DNA of 35,791 bases from Ministeria vibrans ATCC 50519 (taxonomy: Eukaryota > Protista > Filasterea), in NCBI GenBank assembly GCA_943704425.1, contig CALSCP010001867.1:1-35791 (forward strand). Direction: 5' to 3'. Below, in pieces: positions 1 through 11,588 of this stretch. The position numbers and the translations under genes were made by a program. Position 1 is the stretch's first letter, and each line of letters opens with the position of its first letter. The notes under the pieces were generated by a model. That model had not been told where the DNA came from. It was given only the letters and a program-made list of their open reading frames with translations, and did no database searches.

Positions 1-103
1 TCCTCCTCCTCCTCCCCTCCCTCTCCTCCCTCCCCCCACAAAAAAAAAAACAAAAAAAACAAAAAAACATCATTTTTACAGACTTTTTCTTTCGCTAAAA
101 CAG

Positions 104-1037
104 GACCTTGAGCCGGTCGCGTGGCACGTTGAGGACTACCAAATGCTGCAGATGGCGCGGGAAGAGCCGCTGCTGGCAGCTCTGCGACACCATCTGGCGG
201 CATCGGGAATCCCGGTGGAGAACAGCAAGGGCGAGGCGGCGCTGGGCCAGCACGAACTCAACATCAAATACGCAGAAGCACTGTACCGACACACACAACG
301 CAACGCAAAACAGATATATATGACCGAGTGTGTGGCTATGTAGGACAATGGCGGATCGACATGTGGTGTACAAGCAGTGTTTCAAAGAAGTCGCAGAGCA
401 GCAAGGACAGTCGGTGACGTTTATGGCCAAGCCATGTGCCGGCGAGAGCGGCTCCAGCTGTCATATACATATGAGTCTGTGGAAGGACGGCTCAAACGCC
501 TTTGTGGGTGACCATCTCGTACGCAATATAATAATTGTATAATTATAATTTTGCGTGTATGTGTGTTGTGTCTTACTGTTTTGTGGTTGCGTCTCAGTTG
601 TCGCATGGGAAGATCCGATGCTCTGTGCTGTTCAAGCAGTTTCTGGCGGGCTGGTTGGCCCATGCAGCCGAGCTCATTGTTTTCTTTGCGCCCACCATTA
701 ACTCATTCAAGCGATACCTTGACGGCTCATGGTACTGAAAAGTGGCACATTTATGCACTCGACTGATTATTATGTTGTGCGTGTGTGTGTGTGTGTGTGT
801 AGGGCGCCCACTCGCATTGCTTGGTGCCATGACAACCGCACCGCTGGCTTCCGTGTTGTCGGTGATGGACCCAGTCTACGTATTGAATGCCGTATTCCCG
901 GCGCAGACGCAAACATCTACCTGGCCATTGCTGCTCTTATTGGTACACACACACTTGTGCCCACTCACCACTCACACATACTTGTGCCCACTCACCACTC
1001 ACACGCTCTCTCTCTATCACTTTGTTTCTTTCTCCCT

Positions 1038-1088
<51 letters not shown>

Positions 1089-1168
1089 NNNNNNNNNNNN
1101 NNNNNNNNNNNNNNNNNNNNNNNNNNNNNNNNNNNNNNNNNNNNNNNNNNNNNNNNNNAGAGAGAGAG

Positions 1169-1240
<72 letters not shown>

Positions 1241-1510
1241 GACTTATTAGCGTCCGGTTTGGACGGCGTCGAGAACAACCTTGAACTCCCCGAGATGTTT
1301 GAAGGCGACATCTACTCGGCGGAACAGCTCCCGCGCGTTCCCTACTCCTTTGCCGAGGGTGTTGCTCTCTTCCGAAACAGCGCCTTTGCTCGCCGTGTCT
1401 TTGGCGACGATGTCTTTGAGCACTACTTGAATCATTTTGAGAAGGAACAGCGTGCATACGAGGCCGCCGTCACCGACTGGGAGGTGCAGCGCTACTTTGA
1501 GCGCATCTAA
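104..1510 (+). CDS. Glutamine-synthetase-like (GSI-type, gamma-glutamyl ligase class) protein, 5' end outside the window; at least 5 exons (104-282, 344-~518, 598-731, 803-~942, 1251-1510)
   Basis: Spliced translation gives GS motifs KGEAALGQHELNIKY, VTFMAKP..GSSCHIHMSLW, FFAPTINSFKRY, GSWAPT..W..DNRT, RIECRIPGADAN.Y and TDWEVQRYFERI*. GT-AG introns restore the frame at each junction. Confidence 0.93.
1041..1238. repeat. (CT)n/(AG)n microsatellite spanning an assembly N-gap (1089-1158) in the last GS intron
   Basis: Seen directly. Confidence 0.97.
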
Positions 1511-1594
1511 GATAATAATAATAATAAATTTATTCAATGTTATTTTTGAATCAGTCAAACTGTCACTTCACTTTTGTTGCGCCCTCATTCATAC

Positions 1595-3578
1595 ATGGAA
1601 CGCTCACCACCGTCTGTGCGCAACCCTTTGCTACATCAACAGCACTTGCTCGACCCTCTGCCGACGGGCGCTCATGGCGCCTACAGGAGCCCACTGTCGC
1701 CTTCAGGTGAAAGTGACGACTTCGGCCTGTCACCTCGCACCGACGACGAGAGTCCCTTGTCGGCACGCCATCACCCAAGCATGGATGGACTGCCGCTGCC
1801 CATGTCAAGGGTCAGCGTGAGCGCCGGCAGCGCCGACGGCCGCGAAGACCCCGTCTGGAGCGAAGATGTTGAAACCGCCTTCCAAGAAGCGCTCGTCCTT
1901 TACCCTGTCTGTGGCCGCCGCAAGCTCGTTCTCGCCGAAGATGGCAACACATACGGTACTCACCCCCCCATCGATCCTTCCTCTTCCTCTTCTCTGCCTT
2001 CCTCCCTTGCCTTCCATCTCCTTTCTTCGTCTCCTTCTTTGCACTTGTCACAAATGACAAAAAGTGCTATCTTTTTTTTTTTTTTTTTTTTTTTTTTTCG
2101 TTCACCTCTCACGCACTCGTCCGACTTTGCCACACTCTCTATGCTTGCCAAACCCCCTCTAAAAGTACCATCCTACGTGTTTCACCCGGCCGCAGTGCGA
2201 ATGCAGCTGCTAAACTCGGCTGTCAACACAAGTTTGGCATCGAAAGAAAAGAAAAAAAGTTTTTTGAAAACAATTCCGTGACAAGCACACGGGCCGACGG
2301 CTGCTGTGGTGTATGTCTTTGCAAGGGACCTGTCGTACTGTTCTGGCTGAGGCGCGGCGTATAGCGCTGCGCAATTGGACGATCTGGCGACTGATGACGT
2401 AGTGTTGTCTTCCGTCGGTCAACAACAAATCCCGCGTTGTCTGCGCTACACGCACCCGCTGCCGTCTGAGCATATTCAACGGAGAGTGCAGTGCCACTAC
2501 CCTTTTGCAGGGGTGCAGGGCAGTCTTTATACTGTCCCTTATCTGTTGTGTGACACTTCTACTTATTGCTGTTGTTTTCTCTTCTCCTTGTGTGGTTTGG
2601 GTCTCGTCTCACTCTACACCTACAGGTCGTAATGAACTGATTTCGCGCTACATTGAGAAGCGCACGGGGAAGCGACGGTCGCGCAAGCAAGTGTCGTCGC
2701 ACATTCAAGTGCTGCATCGCAAGAAGGAACGCCGTTTGAGTAGCGCAAGCAATCCAACCACACCACGCTCGGATGACGGCAGTGGCGGCTCCAATGGCAG
2801 TTTTCAGGGCTACATCATGGGTGCCAGTAGTAGTAGCACATCTCAACAGTTCTCGGGTGCAGGCATGGGCTCCCAAAGCATGACCATGGCCGCTCTTCTG
2901 TCGCCGCGGCACACACCCGGTGGCGCCAGCTCCAAAATTCCTCAAAAGACTCCCGTACCCATGGCCACGTCGCCTGGAAACAGTCCCGGTGCCAGTGGAG
3001 CTGGTCGTCCGCGTGCAGTCTCGCCGTTAGTGCCGCGTCGCAAAAGGACAGCGTCGACACCCGCAACGTCACTGAGCGTCCAGATTCCCCAAGGCAAGTC
3101 GGGCTTTGTGACTCCACTCCTGTCCTCCATGGCCGAAGTGTCCACCTCCCACACAGCCCACCACAACAGCAGTGACGGTGGTAGCACTACGGCAGCCGAT
3201 TCAACTGGCGGGTTAATGGGTGGCGGCGCACAACACCCGTACAACATGCCACCGCGCGCAGGCTCAATGCCCGCACTCCCTGACGCCTTCCTGCTTGGCT
3301 CGCCCCCCTTTGGCGACATTGGCAGCGACCTCGACAGCGAAGAGAAGATGAACGTCGACGTGGAGACCCTTATGGGCATGAGTATGAGCATGGGCGACGC
3401 TCACCAGCTCTTTCCCGACAGCAGCGACTCAGTCACCAACACTGACGACGCATCTCCCCGCAACACTCATCCCAGAATACCCACCTACACCGAACAAGAC
3501 GCCTTCCATCAACATCAACAACAGCAGCAGGAGCAGCTGTACAGACAACAACCGACGCGCGTTTACCAACTTCAACCC

Positions 3579-3616
<38 letters not shown>

Positions 3617-4679
3617 GCAACAACAGGGAGAGCTGCGGCAACACTCGCTGCAACAACAACGTAGCAACAACGTTACAACCATGTCCGCTCCCAGTCTACA
3701 CTCGCCGCACTTTCGCGACGGAACACTGAGCGCCGATGATCTGTTCCGCGCCGAAGAACCCGCACTCAATGTCACAACAACCACAACCAGCACGACTGGT
3801 GGTGGTGGTGGTGGCGATGAGGTGGTAGAGTATGATGCTGAGCTGGTTCGGTCCATGCTGCCGTTTGTGCGTGTGCTGTCGGAGACATTGCAAAACAATA
3901 ACGCGTACCCGCGTCTGGTGATGCGGCAATTGAGTGTGTATGTGGAGGACGACGGGAGTAGCGGCGGTATTGGGGGGAGTAGCAGCGGAGGAGGGGGGGC
4001 GAGTGGAGCATGTGGTGCGGTTGGCGCGGTTGGCGTGGGTGGCAGTGGTGGTGGTGGGGTGGTGTCGCCGCAAACGCCGCGCGATCACCAGCAGCAGCGA
4101 CAGCGCCACGTGTATGCCATGGTAGGCGACATGCCTGATGTCAACGCTCTGGAACGCATTGCCGTGCACCAGATCTACGACAAGTTTCCTGGCCTTGCCG
4201 AGATGGTCATCGGCCATCCCAAGGCGGCCTTCTTTCTCGTCAAGGCGTGGGGACGTCTGGGCCAGTGGCAACTTGACGGGCGCTATATGTTGCGCTTTGA
4301 GCTTGAGGCGAGCGAAAGCTTCCGCGCTCTGGGCTGTACCATGACCGCCATGTCCTTTAACGAGATCCTTGCGCAGCAGACTCTCCAGCTTGATGCGCCT
4401 GTCGTCGTCAACAACCGCCAGTTCTTCAACTACGAGGCACCCATCTGCGGTCCCGTCGGTGACTTCATTGCATCCCTCCACAACTCCTCGTCCGACTCGG
4501 TCGAGGCCGTCAACGAGGTCCTTCAGTACTTCTCCGTCTCCCTCACCTTCTTCCAGCCACTCACCTGCGAGGTCGTCCTCAACATCCGCCTAGTGTTTGC
4601 CGCCGAGCAGAACACCCCGGGCTTTCAGACCGGCTATCGCACCAGTGTCTTCCGCCTCGAGATCAACAACAGCGACTGA
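1595..4679 (+). CDS. TEAD: TEAD/Scalloped transcription factor (TEA DNA-binding domain, Q/S/G-rich linker, C-terminal YAP-binding-type domain); exons 1595-1955 and 2626-4679
   Basis: VWSEDVETAFQEALVLYPVCGRRKL...YG|RNELISRYIEKRTGKRRSRKQVSSHIQVL is the TEA domain. HQIYDKFPG...AFFLVKAW and the C-terminal SVFRL match the TEAD YAP-binding domain. Confidence 0.95.
3509..3660 (+). repeat. CAA/CAG repeats encoding poly-Gln tracts in TEAD
   Basis: Seen directly. Confidence 0.9.
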
Positions 4680-5076
4680 GTGCGTGCCTACATAATTATG
4701 TGCATACTATAAATCTAATCACCCATCATTATTTTACATTGCACATCGCTTCAATTTACTTTTCGATCAAGTTTTATCACTCTATTTTATTCCCATCACT
4801 CTTTATTGTATTATTTCTTCTTCTTGGGTAAACTCTTACAAGAAAAAATATATAAGAAATACTGTACTTGAATAACTCGATAAAAAAAACTGTGTGTGTG
4901 TGTGTGTGTGTGTGAAACAACGCAAAGAAAATGATTATAATATTAATATTAATATTCGAAATATAAATAATGTTCCCTAATCCCTAGGCTAGCTCCAAGA
5001 AGATGGAGCGCCCATAGTAGTAGTAGTATTAATAATAATAATGATAATACAATGATTATTTTATTAATAATTTTAA

Positions 5077-5111
<35 letters not shown>

Positions 5112-5168
5112 GTATTAGTATTATTTCTAACTTCTTAAGATTGCCATTTTTTTTTCAACCGTTCGTTC

Positions 5169-8100
5169 ATGCCAAAAGTTCATCTTGTGCGTGTGGATCA
5201 GGCTCTCGTGGGCTTGCGGTCTCCCGAGGTACGTAATGAAAGCGTCGCATCGCGTCGCACTCCCTCCAAATTAATCCCCGATCAAAATTCGTTGTCTTGG
5301 TTTTTTCTTTCAGCTCATTCGCGCAACTCTCGCCCAAAAACCCGGAAAATCCTGGGCGTTTTCAAGCCATATTGTAGTGTCCTGTGACAACGGTCGTAAG
5401 CTTGTTGTGGTCGACTCGGTGCCTGCCTCGCAACAGCTGAATGCGGTACACCACACAGCACAAAGCGATTTCTGTCGTCTCCGCCGAACACCTCTTTTTT
5501 TAAGGTGGCCGTAGAGGAAGTGGAGCGCGCCATTGCGGCCGAAGGCACCAGCAATGGGACGCACGGTCTGCTGGTAGTGCGGCTGACGGCGCCCATTGTG
5601 CAGGTGTGCGTACTACCGCTTGTGAGTGGTGCAAAGCAGATGGCGCGCGGTGATGTCCGTCTGGCCGCCATCGCCGACGACGGCACCGTCAGTTGCTTCT
5701 GTTTCCGGGCCGCTGGCGGCAAATGGGAGCATGTGGGCACTCCTACGTGTCTTGCCGCGACCACACACGTTCATTCTGCAGCCTACGACTCGGGCAGTGG
5801 ACGACTGGTGTGGGCAACGGAGACGAACGTGTTTGCGTGTTCACTGCGCATCGAGCCCGGCACTGCATCTCCCGTCGTGCTGGGCGCCGCCTCACTCGTG
5901 CTCGCTTCGTGCCCCACGCCCGTCACCGTGCTACCCATGGGCCTCTCTCATATCGCGCTGATCCTGTGTCGCACACCCGGTGACGACAACGAGGTAGATG
6001 AGTATGCCCGCAGGATTGGACTGTGTGTGTGGAACGCCACCACAAACGTGTGTCAAGTGTTTGTATCGGACTATGGGCTCATTCCCGGCAACTGGATTCC
6101 CTCCTCAATGTCGCACAAGCCGCACATTGACTTTGATGAACTCACGGCAGCAGTGCGTGAGCGACTGGACACTCCCAGCCGCGTCAGCAGCAGTAGCAGC
6201 AGCGGCACCATGGGCGTGCCGCACGTGTGCTGTGCGCACTGCATTACCGACGAAGTGGGGGTGGTGGACACGGAGGGACGACTGTTTGTCGTTGGCGTGG
6301 GTGATAATGGAAGCACACGCGTGCGACTGTTCTGCTCGAGCCCTGTCGCTGTCGACGCTGACGACGAGCTCGTTGCCTTTCGCGATGTTTACTGTGTGCT
6401 CTCGCATGAATCATCCACTCTGCGCGTGTACTCAGAGGGCACTATTGGTGTTGAGTCTGTTGACATTCCCACTGGCAGTGGCGGCACCGCAAGTCGCCTG
6501 GTGACACCCGGATGGCTCGGTGGTAATGCGCGCGCCGTGGTCCATTGTGGCGTTGTGAATCGCTCGGGAATTTACTTGTTGCGACAGGGCAACATTACCG
6601 AGCTTGCCAAAGCCCTTGTGAACGCAAGCGACTCTCACCCAACGCACGCAGCCACCCTCTGCCACAGCTGGGGCCTCTCCGCGTGGGCCGCCAAGTACTC
6701 CCTCGAGGCTCTGCTACAATTGGACGCGGCCGCCAACGTTGCGCCGTCCGTTGCTGGCTCTGCTTCTATGCTCGAGTCGCCTGCTCTACTGCTGGCTGCC
6801 CTCTCGGCACGACCCGACATGGACAACGAGGCGCGTGCGATCATTGAAAACTGGCTCAAGTCGTTCAAGCCAGGGAGCGCCGAGCAGCCGCAAGAGCAGG
6901 CGTCCTCCGGCACAACTACCACTGACGACTCCACCGATGCGCTGCGTCGCGCTCTCTGGAACCACACGCTGCTCAACGGCACCGTAGTACCTCTGGTTGA
7001 CCGCTACCTACAAGCGTCCAGTGACTATCACCGTGCTCTTCAGGTCCCACCGCACGACGACGACGACAGCAACACGAGCGCTGGTGCGGCGCTTCCTAGC
7101 GGCGCGAGTAGTGCCGGTGCGACGACACCCAAAGATGACCTTTCACGTCAGATTCGTGCACTGATTGAGGCTCCATCGTTGCATCCGGGCGAGTGGGCGC
7201 GACTTGATGCTTTTGAACGACATGAGGGAATCCGAGTTATCCACGAAATTGCCTCTGTATTGCGTCTCGGTGGTGTCCTCGAGGGTCTTGTGAGTGAATC
7301 TGCAACAGAAGGTGATGGTGCTGATGCTGATGGTGCTGATGGTGCGACGGCAGAGCAAGGGGTTTCGTCACTGACAACAGTGGAGGAAGGAGCACATGAC
7401 GCCGAAGCACACGACTCGCTCTCGGCGCTGACGCCCAACAACGCAGGCGGCAACAGCAGCAGTGCCACTGCTGCCAAAAAGACAGACCCCGGTACCAAGG
7501 GCACCGTTGGGTCTGCGTCGGCCTGGTACAGCAGCAACTATGGTGATCGCTTCTGTGTTGATCGCATTTGGGGCGAGCCGTCCGTCGTGGACTATGTTCG
7601 TGCGTTTGCGGTGGAAGGAGGCGTCTTTGAGCTGGCGTGTCGTCTTTTGGTTGCACATGCTCCCACGCGACTTGTGCCCTTTGTCAACTTTGCAGCTGTC
7701 GGGGGTAAGGTGACGTCCACGAGTGATGATGCGAGTGGAATGGGGAGCACTGGAGGGACTGGGCTCACTCCGCTGATGGGTCGTCCGCGGTCGTTTAGCG
7801 GTGCGAGCTCGGCTGCGTCGGGTGTCGAGGGCAATGCGGGGCGGTTTCACCAGCGCGCACTGCGGGCGCTATCGCCAGCGCTGCTTGCGACGGACGGCGA
7901 GGCACTCACCGCCAATGGTGTGCGTGCGTCTGCGACGCTGCTGTGCAGCAATTACATCAATGCGGCACCCACCGCAATGCGTCTGCTGCTGCGCTGGCGT
8001 CTGTGGGACGACGCTCTTGCACTGCTGCGGAGTCGTTCCAAGCAGGACGTCGAGCACTTTGAGTTGTTTCATGTGCTCTTTGCCTCCTTTGTCGATCTGG

Positions 8101-8336
8101 GTCTGCTCAACGAGTACGAGGCGCGTGTGTGGCAGCTCATGCCTCGCAATTACTCACCTCGCGAGCTCTTCACCGTGCTGCGCGATCGTCTCTCCATCCC
8201 GCGCACCCACGCCCAAGGGTTGGCACACGCCGCCGAGACGGGTCTCTGGGCGTCCATGGGCGAGCCTGAAGTTGGCTCTGTTGTGCCCAAGCTGCTAAGG
8301 ATGCTTCGTGAGGAGTCCCGATCGCGACTCAAGTGA
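5169..8336 (+). CDS. HPS6: HPS6-like BLOC-2 subunit (N-terminal beta-propeller-like region, C-terminal helical region); exons 5169-5228, 5314-5445, 5505-8336
   Basis: Two phase-0 GT-AG introns join the ATG at 5169 to the 943-aa ORF. GRLVW, FELACRLL..APTRLVPFV, HQRALRAL and W..AL...ELFHVLFASF...LMP.NYSPRELFTVLR parallel the HPS6 sequence as I recall it (FELLCQCL..EPRWLPPFV, YRRALAVL, EIFKLLLAEF...LCPPELAPAELLLLLR). Confidence 0.72.
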
Positions 8337-8699
8337 GAGACAAAACAAATGATATCCCCTTGTAAATTACCATACTATTATAAAAAAATATTGTGACGAT
8401 AAACTTCTTCTTTTGCTAATTATTTATGATATTAAATGGGTTGTATTTTTCAAATTATTTATGATTGTGATTAATTATTAACAATAAAGTATTATTATTG
8501 CTGGTGTGATGTTGTGAGTTGTTGTCTGAGTTTAGAGTTCCTGATTCAAGTTTAAACGGACATAAAAAAATTCGAATAATTATACTATTATTATTTGTTA
8601 TTCGTTTGACAACTTGGACGTTATTCACGTTAATCGACATTATTCATTTAAAATTTTGCGATCATTTTTTTTTTCTTGCTTCACTCGGCGGTTGTTAGT

Positions 8700-9434
8700 A
8701 TGGCAAGTGCGATCCGAAGCGCCGTCAAGGACCCGCGGGCGGTGTTTGGCCTGCTGCAACAAGGCGCTGTCATGACACGAAATCACCGATCGAGCGAACT
8801 GCAGGGCAACAGTCTCAGGCCGCCGCGTGGATATCATCACAGAGTAACCTTTGTCTTCCAGAACAAGAAAATCACCGGCTTGGTAGGTGGAAAGTGGGCA
8901 AAAGCGAACATAAAGTTACTAACTTTTTTTTTTTTTCTCTAGTGTATTGGTCCGGACGGCATTACGCACATCGCAACGGCTGCTTCGTCAGAGTACCTTC
9001 TTGAGAGCCAGCTGGTGTCGAAGAGCAGCAAGAGCGCGGCGCGCCACGTTGCGTTGCTGCTTGCGGAGCGCATGAAGAACGCCGGCATTGTGCGCGCCTT
9101 CTTTGACGACCGACAACTCATTTTCCACGGGCGAATGCGCGCCTTTCGCGAGGGTCTTCTTGACGGGGGGGTGCGCTTGAGAGAGCTCTACAATCTGGCG
9201 GCGAAGAAGGACCCGGCCGGCGAAGTTGCAGAGATTGTGGAGAAGGAACGGGCGGCAGACGAGCGACGTGCCGAGGCCTTTCGCGAGAGCGTGCGCTCGC
9301 TGGGCATGCCGGACATCAGTGACGACGACCTTGCTACCCCCTTGGACTTTTCGGTTGTCAAGCGCTGGCCATCGACCGTTGCTCCGGAAATGCTGGTGAG
9401 GCCGGAGACAAAGGCACCCAACGGTGCACTATAA
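8700..9434 (+). CDS. MRPL18: Mitochondrial ribosomal protein uL18m; exons 8700-8882 and 8943-9434
   Basis: N-terminus resembles a presequence. AASSE..L...SKSAARHVALLLAERMKNAGI...FHGRMRAFREGLLDGGV matches the uL18 core (bacterial YHGRVKALAD..REAGL). Confidence 0.8.
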
Positions 9435-9588
9435 GAGAAACGCGTGTGTGTGTACAAAATATTCTGCAAGCTTTGTGAGTAAGAGAGGACTTTTGAAGTA
9501 GAAAGCGTCCTTTATGCTTTGCCAAAGCACCACAGCGTACAAGACGGAGTAGCACACTGATCCCACCCAGAGGTTGCAGAGGGAGGAC

Positions 9589-9674
9589 CAACTGCTCCAG
9601 GATTTCTACTTAGTTCTTGGCACACGCCACATATAAGGGCGTCTCTCCATTAGAGTTCCCAGTATTTACAAAGC
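9589..9674 (-). pseudogene. Ankyrin-repeat relic exon with an in-frame stop
   Basis: Minus strand reads FVNTGNSNGETPLYVACAKN*VEILEQL with TAA at 9612-9610. It follows an acceptor-like ctcacttccctaag. Confidence 0.55.
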
Positions 9675-10451
9675 CTTAGGGAAGTGAGTGTGAGGGTGAG
9701 ACAATAAAAATAATTAAGAGAGAGAATACAACCCGTTAATTTTATAATAATAATAATAATATTATTAGTGATAATATAATTATACCTCTCTCGGGATATC
9801 CCCGTCGGGTGGTCTATGGTATTGTGTTGTTTCAGTTTTGTGTTGTGTTCTGTAAACATTCTGGCGTAATCAAATGCAACACTTTTTACTCTATTTCTTT
9901 AATAATATGAATAAAGAAGGAGAAAAAGAATACAACCCATTTATTAATGCTACAGTCAATGCTACAGTCACCACGCAAAGACACAGCCAGACCGCTTTGC
10001 AAACTCAACCGAAACTCTAGAGGTAACATGAGAGAGCAGCGGCAGGTCAGAGTGCTGTGCCGTCGCTATCCAGTGAGGCAATTGCAATGGTACGCCATAC
10101 ATTATAGAAGAAGAAGAATACAACCCATTTATTCATGATTTTGTCACCAGTATCAACAAAGCACGAGTGCAATCGGTATCCAGAATTCCAGAATTCCATA
10201 TATAAATATATATATTATGTATTTTTATATATAATTATATATAATTATATTATATAATATAATAATTATCATAAAATAATTATTATGATATATGAACGTA
10301 AAAAAGTAATTATTAATGAAATTATTAAAAACAATCAAAGAAAGACAAGTAAACGCTTCCGCCATTATGATGACTAAACACACGTCATAGAATCATCACG
10401 TCTTAATAAAATAGCATAATTATGTCTAACCAAGGGGAAAACGCGATTGGA

Positions 10452-11260
10452 CTATTGAGTGTGGTCTTCAAAGAGGCCCGACTTGGGAATGTATGTGGTG
10501 TGGATAATTTTGGGTGAAGCGTTCGGCACGTCAGAGAGAATGACAGTGCCTGGTGACGGAAGCCGGCCAAACACTCCCGCAAAGTGTTGGAGACATTCGT
10601 TTCGGAGCACCTGACGCGCGGTGATATCCGCCGAAAGTCCTATGTTGTCGGGGAACAGTTTGACATGGAAGCGCATAAGAATGGACGGGCTGAAGTCGAT
10701 GTGCTGTCGGAGTGGCCGGGCAAGTGCGTGTGCTACAAAGTTGAGCAACAAGTCGTCGCAGTGGCCTGCTTGGCTTTGCACGTATGCACGGTTGGCTGTG
10801 TTTGCATGGTTCGAGTAGGCATCCATCAGAGAGGTGTGAACAAGACTGAGGCCAGGCAGAACAAAAATGAACGGTAGGGGTAACATCTTGATAGCACCAC
10901 CGCCCTGCCCTTGTGAGAGTTCAGCACCTGCTTTTACGTCAAAGTAGATGAATTTGTCGGGGTACGCGAATCGCCCAAAGACTCCTATAAGAAGCGAATG
11001 CTTGTTTGCGGTTTGAGCAGCCCGCTGCAAACTTTGGAAGTCTGTGCGGTCTTCAAACATCAGGTCGTCGTCGTGGAGCAGCACAAAGGTGTCTTGCAGG
11101 GCAGCAAGGCCAAGTAGGGTCCGATTGTAACGTGCATTGAGCGAGGAGACGGGCGAGTGCAAGATGCGCACTCTGCTCGAGAACGTTGCGTCAAGTCTGA
11201 GTGGCGGTGGCGGCGAATCGGTGTTCCACACAAGCACAGCCTGAGCAAGGATGTCCCAGG
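10452..11260 (-). CDS. Glycosyltransferase family 64 (EXTL2/EXT C-terminal-like) catalytic domain; N-terminus unresolved
   Basis: AVLVWN, SLNARY, LLHDDDL (DxD), LIGVFGRF, HCDDLLLNFV and RNECLQHFAGVFGRLP follow GT64 motif order. Upstream the frame runs into a (TG)n tract. Confidence 0.82.
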
Positions 11261-11261
11261 T

Positions 11262-11263
<2 letters not shown>

Positions 11264-11346
<83 letters not shown>
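11264..11346. repeat. (CA)n microsatellite
   Basis: Seen directly. Confidence 0.97.
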
Positions 11347-11348
<2 letters not shown>

Positions 11349-11588
11349 ACAGAGAGAGTAGTAACTAACATTGCTATGTTCTAGCTAAATGCGACGCCGC
11401 CCCTGTGCGACCCGGCTTCGTCGTCATCATCCTCCCGCAAGCTACCTCGCAAGACTACCTCCGATCTCCCTTCCGACTTCTCCTTTCTTTCCAGTGGCCT
11501 CACTGCCCTCCCTCCCTTGTAATCCCAATCCCCATCCTTTACTTTTCTTTCTTTCTCTCTTTATTTATAATGAACACTCTCATTTTGA

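Noticed and set aside
950-1005. Roughly 27-nt tandem duplication in a GS intron; also a 12-nt duplication at 9947-9970
   Set aside because: Ordinary slippage duplications in non-coding DNA.
1159-1238. (AG)n-to-(CT)n palindrome next to the N-gap
   Set aside because: Adjacent to a gap in a microsatellite; likely an assembly artefact.
9610-9612. TAA-to-Gln genetic code reassignment
   Set aside because: The GS-like, uL18m, DCAF6 and DHU1-like genes end in TAA at expected positions, and long exons lack internal TAA or TAG.
9475-9700. Possible structured ncRNA (SRP, RNase P/MRP, snRNA)
   Set aside because: No convincing conserved boxes; the ankyrin reading explains part of the sequence better.
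9723-10133. CRISPR-like reading of the three spaced 19-mers
   Set aside because: Eukaryotic context, spacers of about 170-185 nt, repeats too short, and no cas genes.
11385-11535. Purine-rich minus-strand frame (DGDWDYKGG...GVAFS*) as a GT64 first exon or extra fumarate reductase exon
   Set aside because: No in-frame start, it ends in a stop before the GT64 region, has no recognisable motif, and lies beyond an AATAAA that follows the reductase stop.
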